The notes beneath the pieces are model-generated. The model saw nothing but the letters and a program-made list of their open reading frames with translations. It had not been told where the DNA came from and made no database searches. A stretch of 53,612 nt of DNA, taken from NCBI GenBank assembly GCA_048213135.1, contig PS015120.1, forward strand, positions 1-53,612, in the 5' to 3' direction. Positions 47,733-53,612 of this stretch are shown piece after piece. Both the position numbers and the translations under genes were made by a program. Numbering within the stretch: the stretch's first letter is position 1; the number at the start of each line of letters is the position of its first letter. This stretch comes from Reclinomonas americana ATCC 50394 (lineage: Eukaryota).

Positions 47733-50100
47733 CCGACGGCAACAACATCGCCGACGTGATGCTCCTCGCCGAGGCACTCTTCCTCGGCGGTCAGTACGAA
47801 CGCGCCTACGAAGTCATTACGCTGCGTCGACTGCACGCGAGGCACCTCCCCGCGCTGCTGCTGGCCGGACGGTGTTTGGTGAGGATCACACCAAGCAAAC
47901 TTGTCTCCCTCCATCAGTGGCTGACCACCAACAATCGCACGCAGGAACGTGCCGAGCAGTGGTCTCCGTGCCTGCTCCTGCTGGGCGAGGAGGAGAGTGC
48001 GCTGGAGCGCGACATTTTCAGCCGTGCCGACGATGCAGTGACCACCGACGAGAAGGATCTGTTGGCCGATCTGTTTTCGCTGCGCGGTCGCTGCTGCGAG
48101 CAGCAAGAGGACACGGGGCAGGCGGCCAAGTGGTACCAGAAGGCGCTCAGTTTGAACTCGTATTGCTTCGAGGCCTTTGACGGTCTCGTCAATCACTCTC
48201 TCGTGACACCGGCTGTGGGTGCGTCGGCGCAGTGGCTGCCGCATGTTTTAATGTCGCGGTCTTCCCTTCCTCCTCACCTCCTCCTCCTCCTCCTCCTCCT
48301 TTGTGCAGCCGAAGAGCAGCTGCACACTGTCAAGTTCCTGCCCGAGGAGGAGTGGTTGCGCTGCATCTACACCATCAACTTGTCGCTGGTGAGTGGAATG
48401 AGACTCGGGTGATGCGTGTGCTAGTGATCGCACTGATGTTTATGTGATTGCGCAGTACTCACCCACCACCACCGTGCGCGACCTGATCGACCGCCTGTTC
48501 CATCAGTACAAGATGAAGCGCAACACATTCGTCGGCGGCCTGTACGCTGCCATCAAATTTCACCATCAGAACTACGAGGGCGCCTACAAGCTGACCAAGG
48601 AGTTGCGATTGGGAGTTCTCTCTCTTTGTCTTCGTCCGTTGCCGTCCTTTTCACACTCCTTTTCTCGCACAGGCTGCTGAGTGGCAACGGAGGGTGGGAG
48701 TTGGGCTCGGCGGACGATGCCCTTCTCTGTGTATACGTTGCCTGTCTGGTTGCACTCGGTCACAAGAGCGAGTTGTTTTACGTGTCGCACCGTTTGATTG
48801 AGGACTTTGCTGGACGTCCCATCTCGTGGTACGCTGTCGGCGCCTACTACTACCTGCTCAAGAAATTCGAGAATGCGCGCAAGCATTTCAGGTGCGGCGC
48901 GCTGCACTCTTCGTCTTGCATCTGTGTGTGTGACGCGCTCACGGATGTGGTGTGCAACGAGCAGGAAGGCGACGCAGATGAATCCGCGTTTTGCTGCTGC
49001 CTGGGTGGCGTACGGTCATGCGTTTGCGGCGCAAGATGAGAGCGACCAGGTGTGCTGGCATGGTTCATGTCCCGTGGCATTCCTATCTGCTCATCACTGT
49101 GTGCAGGCCATGACCGCCTATCGCACCGCCTATCGCTTGGCCGAGGGCTCGCACATTCCGGCGCTGTGTGCTGGCATGGAGTATGCACGCGCGGCGAACA
49201 CGTTCCACGCCGAGCAGTACCTGATGAAAGCGCAAGCGGCGTGCCCCGAGGACCCCATGGTGTTCAACGAACTCGGTGTCCTCATGTACAACAACAAGGA
49301 GTTGCGTGGTTGGATGACGGAGGTGCGGTGTATGAAGCAAATAATTTACTGTGGTGATCCATGTGTGCACAGTTTTGTGGAGGCCGAAAAGTACCTCCGA
49401 CACGGCCTGCGGTTGGTCGGCTCTGTCAGTGCCATCAACAAGGAGAATCAGGTGTTGTTCTTCAACTTGGCACACGTTCTGCGGAAGACACAGTTGCGTG
49501 GAGCGAGCGAGTGAGTGAGTGGGAGGAGGTGGTGCTGATGCGTTGTGTGCTGCGTGTGCTTGTGAATAGGCGGTATCGCGAGGCCATCGACTTGTTCCTC
49601 TTGTGTCTGACGGTGGCACCGCAATCGGCCACCATTCTGTCGGCTCTGGGTCTCACGTATCACACAAACAGTCAGCTGGATCAGGTGCGCATAGGCAGGA
49701 AAAGAGAAGTTCCTTATTGCCGTGCTCACCCGTGCGGTCGACGTGCACGCAGGCAATATCTTGCTACCAAAAGGCGCTGGGCGTGAGGCCGGAGGACACG
49801 CTGGTGAATTCGTTGTTGAATCGTGCATTTAAGGAGCTCTTTGAGACGCCAGGACCAGATCCAGTTCCACGTGGTGCGTGTTTGCGTGTTTGCGTGTATG
49901 TGAAGTCTGCTTCCTTGCCTCATCGGTATCTATGTCCGTGCGCCCATGCAGTGGACAGTCCGCATGGAGCTGTCAGCTTCCCGGAGCGGTGGTTCCGCGA
50001 ACCATCTCCCATCCCGCGCGTCACCGAAGTCGGCGGCGCCGATGCGTCGATTACGCGAGATGATGATGTGGACGACGTGGACGATGACGACGAAGAATAG
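47733..50100 (+). CDS. CDC16: Anaphase-promoting complex subunit 6, copy A (exon 1 missing, presumably in the upstream gap)
   Basis: TPR exons ISWYAVGAYYYLLKKFENARKHF, AWVAYGHAFAAQDESDQAMTAYRTA...GSHIPALCAGMEY, PEDPMVFNELGV, FFNLAHVLRK; stop TAG 50098-50100. Confidence 0.93.
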
Positions 50101-50146
50101 CGAAGCGTGGTGGNNNNNNNNNNNNNNNNNNNNGCACCACGCTTCG

Positions 50147-53097
50147 CTATTCTTCGTCGTCATCGTCCACGTCGTCCACATCATCATCTCGCGTAATCGA
50201 CGCATCGGCGCCGCCGACTTCGGTGACGCGCGGGATGGGAGATGGTTCGCGGAACCACCGCTCCGGGAAGCTGACAGCTCCATGCGGGCTGTCCACTGCA
50301 TGGGCGCACGGACATAGATACCGATGAGGCAAGGAAGCAGACTTCACATACACGCAAACACGCAAACACGCACCACGTGGAACTGGATCTGGTCCTGGTG
50401 TCTCAAAGAGCTCCTTGAATGCACGATTCAGCAACGAATTCACCAACGTGTCCTCGGGCCTCACGCCCAGCGCCTTTTGGTAGCAAGATATTGCCTACGT
50501 GCACGTCGACCGCACGGGTGAGCACGGCAATAAGGAACTTCTCTTTTTCCTGCCTATGCGCACCTGATCCAGCTGACTATTCGTGTGATACGTGAGACCC
50601 AGTGCCGACAGAATGGTGGCCGATTGAGGTGCCACCGTCAGACACAAGAGGAACAAGTCGATGGCCTCGCGATACCGCCTGTTCACAAGCACACGCAGCA
50701 CACAACGCGTCAGCAACACCTCCTCGCACTCACTCACTTGCTCGCTCCACCCAACTGTGTCTTTCGCAGCACGTGTGCCAAGTTGAAGAACAACACCTGA
50801 TTCTCCTTGTTGATGGCACTGACAGAGCCGACCAATCGCAGGCCGTGTCGGAGGTACTTTTCGGCCTCCACAAAACTGCGCACACATGGATCATCACAGT
50901 AAATCACTTGCTTCGTACACAGCACCTCCGTCATCCAACCACGCAACTCCTTGTTGTTGTACATGAGGACGCCGAGTTCGTTGAACACCATGGGGTCCTC
51001 GGGGCACGCTGCCTGCGCTTTCATCAGGTACTGCTCGGCGTGGAATGTGTTTGCCGCGCGTGCATACTCCATGCCAGCACACAGCGCTGGAATGTGCGAG
51101 CCCTCGGCCAAGCGATATGCGGTGCGATAAGCGGTCATGGCCTGCGCACAGTGATGAGCAGACAAGAATGCCATGGGACATGAACCATGTCAGCACACCT
51201 GGTCGCTCTCATCTTGTGCCGCAAACGCATGACCGTACGCCACCCAGGCAGCAGCAAAGCGCGGATTCATCTGCGTCGCCTTCCTGCTCAATGCACACCA
51301 CATCCGTGAGCGCGTCACACACACAGATGCAAGACGAAGAGTGTAGTGCGCCGCACCTGAAATGCTTGCGCGCATTCTCGAATTTCTTGAGCAAGTAGTA
51401 GTAGGCGCCGACAGCGTACCACGAGATGGGACGTCCAGCAAAGTCCTCAATCAAACGGTGCGACACGTAAAACAACTCGCTCTTGTGCCCGAGTGCAACC
51501 AGACAGGCAACGTAAACACAGAGAAGGGCATCATCTGCCGAGCCCAACTCCCACCCCCCGTTGCCACTCAGCAGCCTGTGCGAGAAAAGGAGTGTGAGGA
51601 GGACAATGGCCGATGAAGACAAAGAGAATGCACTCCCATTCGCAACTCCTTGGTCAGCTTGTAGGCGCCCTCGTAGTTCTGATGGTGAAATTTGATGGCA
51701 GCGTACAGGCCGCCGACGAATGTGTTGCGCTTCATCTTGTACTGATGGAACAGGCGGTCGATCAGGTCGCGCACGGTGGTGGTGGGTGAGTACTGCGCAA
51801 TCACATAAACATTAGCGCCATCACTAACACGCGCATCACCCGAGTCTCATTCCACTCACCAGCGACAAGTTGATGGTGTAGATGCAGCGCAGCCACTCCT
51901 CCTCGGGCAGGAACTTGACAGTGTGCAGCTGCTCTTCGGCTGCACAAAGGGGTGAGAATGGAGGTGAGGAGGGAGGGATGCGACATTAAAACATGCGGCA
52001 GCCACAGCGCCGACGCACCCACAGCCGGAGTCACGAGTGAGTGATTGACGAGACCGTCAAAGGCCTCAAAGCAATACGAGTTCAAACTGAGCGCCTTCTG
52101 GTACCACTTGGCCGCCTGCCCCGTGTCCTCCTGCTGCTCGCAGCAGCGACCGCGCAGCGAAAACAGATCGGCCAACAGATCCTTCTCGTCGGTGGTCACA
52201 GCATCGTCGGCACGGCTGAAAATGTCGCGCTCCAGCGCACTCTCCTCCTCGCCCAGCAGGAGCAGGCACGGAGACCACTGCTCGGCACGTTCCTGCACGC
52301 GATCGTGTGTGGTCAGCCACTGATGGAGGGAGACAAGTGTGCTTTGTGCGATCCTTACCAAACACCGTCCGGCCAGCAGCAGCGCGGGGAGGTGTCTCGC
52401 GTGCAGCCGACGCAGTGTGATGACTTCGTAGGCGCGTTCGTACTGACCGCCGAGGAAGAGTGCCTCGGCGAGGAGCATCACGTCGGCGATGTTGTTGCCG
52501 TCGGCTGAGATGACGGGGAAAGGGAAGGGGAAAGATGAGCTGACAACTACTCGAGATTAGGAGTTCTCTCAAGTGTTGAGACAACTCAAGCGACACCATG
52601 GTGCCCTCTGTGTGTGTGTGTGTGTGTGCGTCTGTCTATGTGTGTATCCCTCTGTCTCTGCTTCACTCATTTGTCTCTCTGCATCAATCTCTGTGTCTCC
52701 ATCTCTTCTCCTTCCCGATCTCTCGCCCTCACTCCTTCCCTCACTTTCTCTCTCTCTCTCTCTCTTTCTCAGTCTGTGACTCTCTGTCTCTGGCTGTGTC
52801 TCTCTCTCAGTCTGTGCCTCTCCCCCATCCTCTCTCTTTCTCCCTCTGTCTCTCTTTCGATCTTTCTCTGTGCCTCTCTCTCACACACTCTGCCTCCATC
52901 ACTCCTCCCTCCTCTCTCCTCTCTCTCTCTCTCTCTCCATCACTCCTCCTTCCCTCTCTCTGTCTCTCTCTCTCACCTTCTGTTGTCAACGACACCAACT
53001 TGTCAGCCAAGAACGCTGCATTCACATGCGAATGTCTCGCCAGTGCTCCCTGCACTTTCAGCCGCAGAAGCGCCGCAGCGTGCTCAATCGCACTCAT
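50147..53097 (-). CDS. CDC16: Anaphase-promoting complex subunit 6, copy B (complete)
   Basis: Exon 1 (53097-52977) MSAIEHAAALLRLKVQGALARHSHVNAAFLADKLVSLTTE matches the APC6 N-terminus (A.F.ADK..SL); remaining exons collinear with copy A. Confidence 0.94.
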
Positions 53098-53612
53098 CAA
53101 CGTAAACACGAGGGAAACAAACAAGAACGATTTCGCGCCAAAAAAGAAAAACACGGCTGTCCTGCGCACACACGAGCTCCCGGTCTCCAGCACGGGGGAA
53201 AGAAGGTGTTGTGGATGTGGTTCGTGGGTATAGTGCACGTCCGTGCTGCGGCTGAACCTGGCGCTTTTTTTGGTGAAACATGCTCGACGTCGCGTCGACG
53301 TTGATCTTCTTGTCGCTTGTGCTGCGGCTGCGCGCGTGCCATCTTCACTGCCACTGTGTTCATGCATGTCACTATAATATGCGCAGTCGTGCATGCGGCT
53401 GTTTCAAGCGACACGGGCTGCAAAGTCGACGTCGCATTAAACTGCGCGCTTTCTAAGCTGCGATTACAAGCGGAGATGAAGAATTTGATGCCGACGATAA
53501 CGTTGGCACTCATCTTGCACATAGTGGGCAGGTGGGCGTCGTTTTCACCACGATTTAGAGTGAGAGGACACCACGCTGTCCCACAACCTCTCTCACACTT
53601 AACTTCAGTAGG

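Overview
GC-rich, intron-dense, very compact scaffold from a unicellular eukaryote (protist, probably amoebozoan-like; not identifiable with certainty), with 11 N-gaps. Most introns are about 45-110 nt and GT-AG, so the ORF track is fragmented and genes were rebuilt by hand from phase-compatible splice sites. Genes in order: XRCC1 (+), SCFD2/MIP3-like Sec1 protein (+), HEAT/importin-beta-like protein (-), secreted CAP + EGF-array + SUEL-lectin protein (+), FYRN-like/extended-PHD protein (-), Erf4/GOLGA7-like Cys-rich protein (+, frameshifted, with a paralog downstream), COX17 (last exon on an inverted contig), an unknown low-complexity protein (-), a Thg1-like 3'-5' polymerase (-), a SMYD methyltransferase (-), an RNI-like LRR protein (+), a 7TM receptor-TKL kinase fusion (-) that probably carries a decayed RLE non-LTR retrotransposon in an intron, an AT-rich foldback element, a micro-exon-rich Stum/SPEC3 gene (-), and two tail-to-tail CDC16/APC6 copies. 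Most striking observations: an abundant class of +1-shifted 5' splice sites (GTTGCG/GTTACG/GTTGAG); the GPCR-like 7TM-kinase; same-strand genes only 32-72 nt apart; the CAP-EGF-SUEL architecture; 6- and 10-nt micro-exons; and a frameshift that fuses the Erf4-like ORF to COX17. All family calls come from motif recognition by eye, not database searches.
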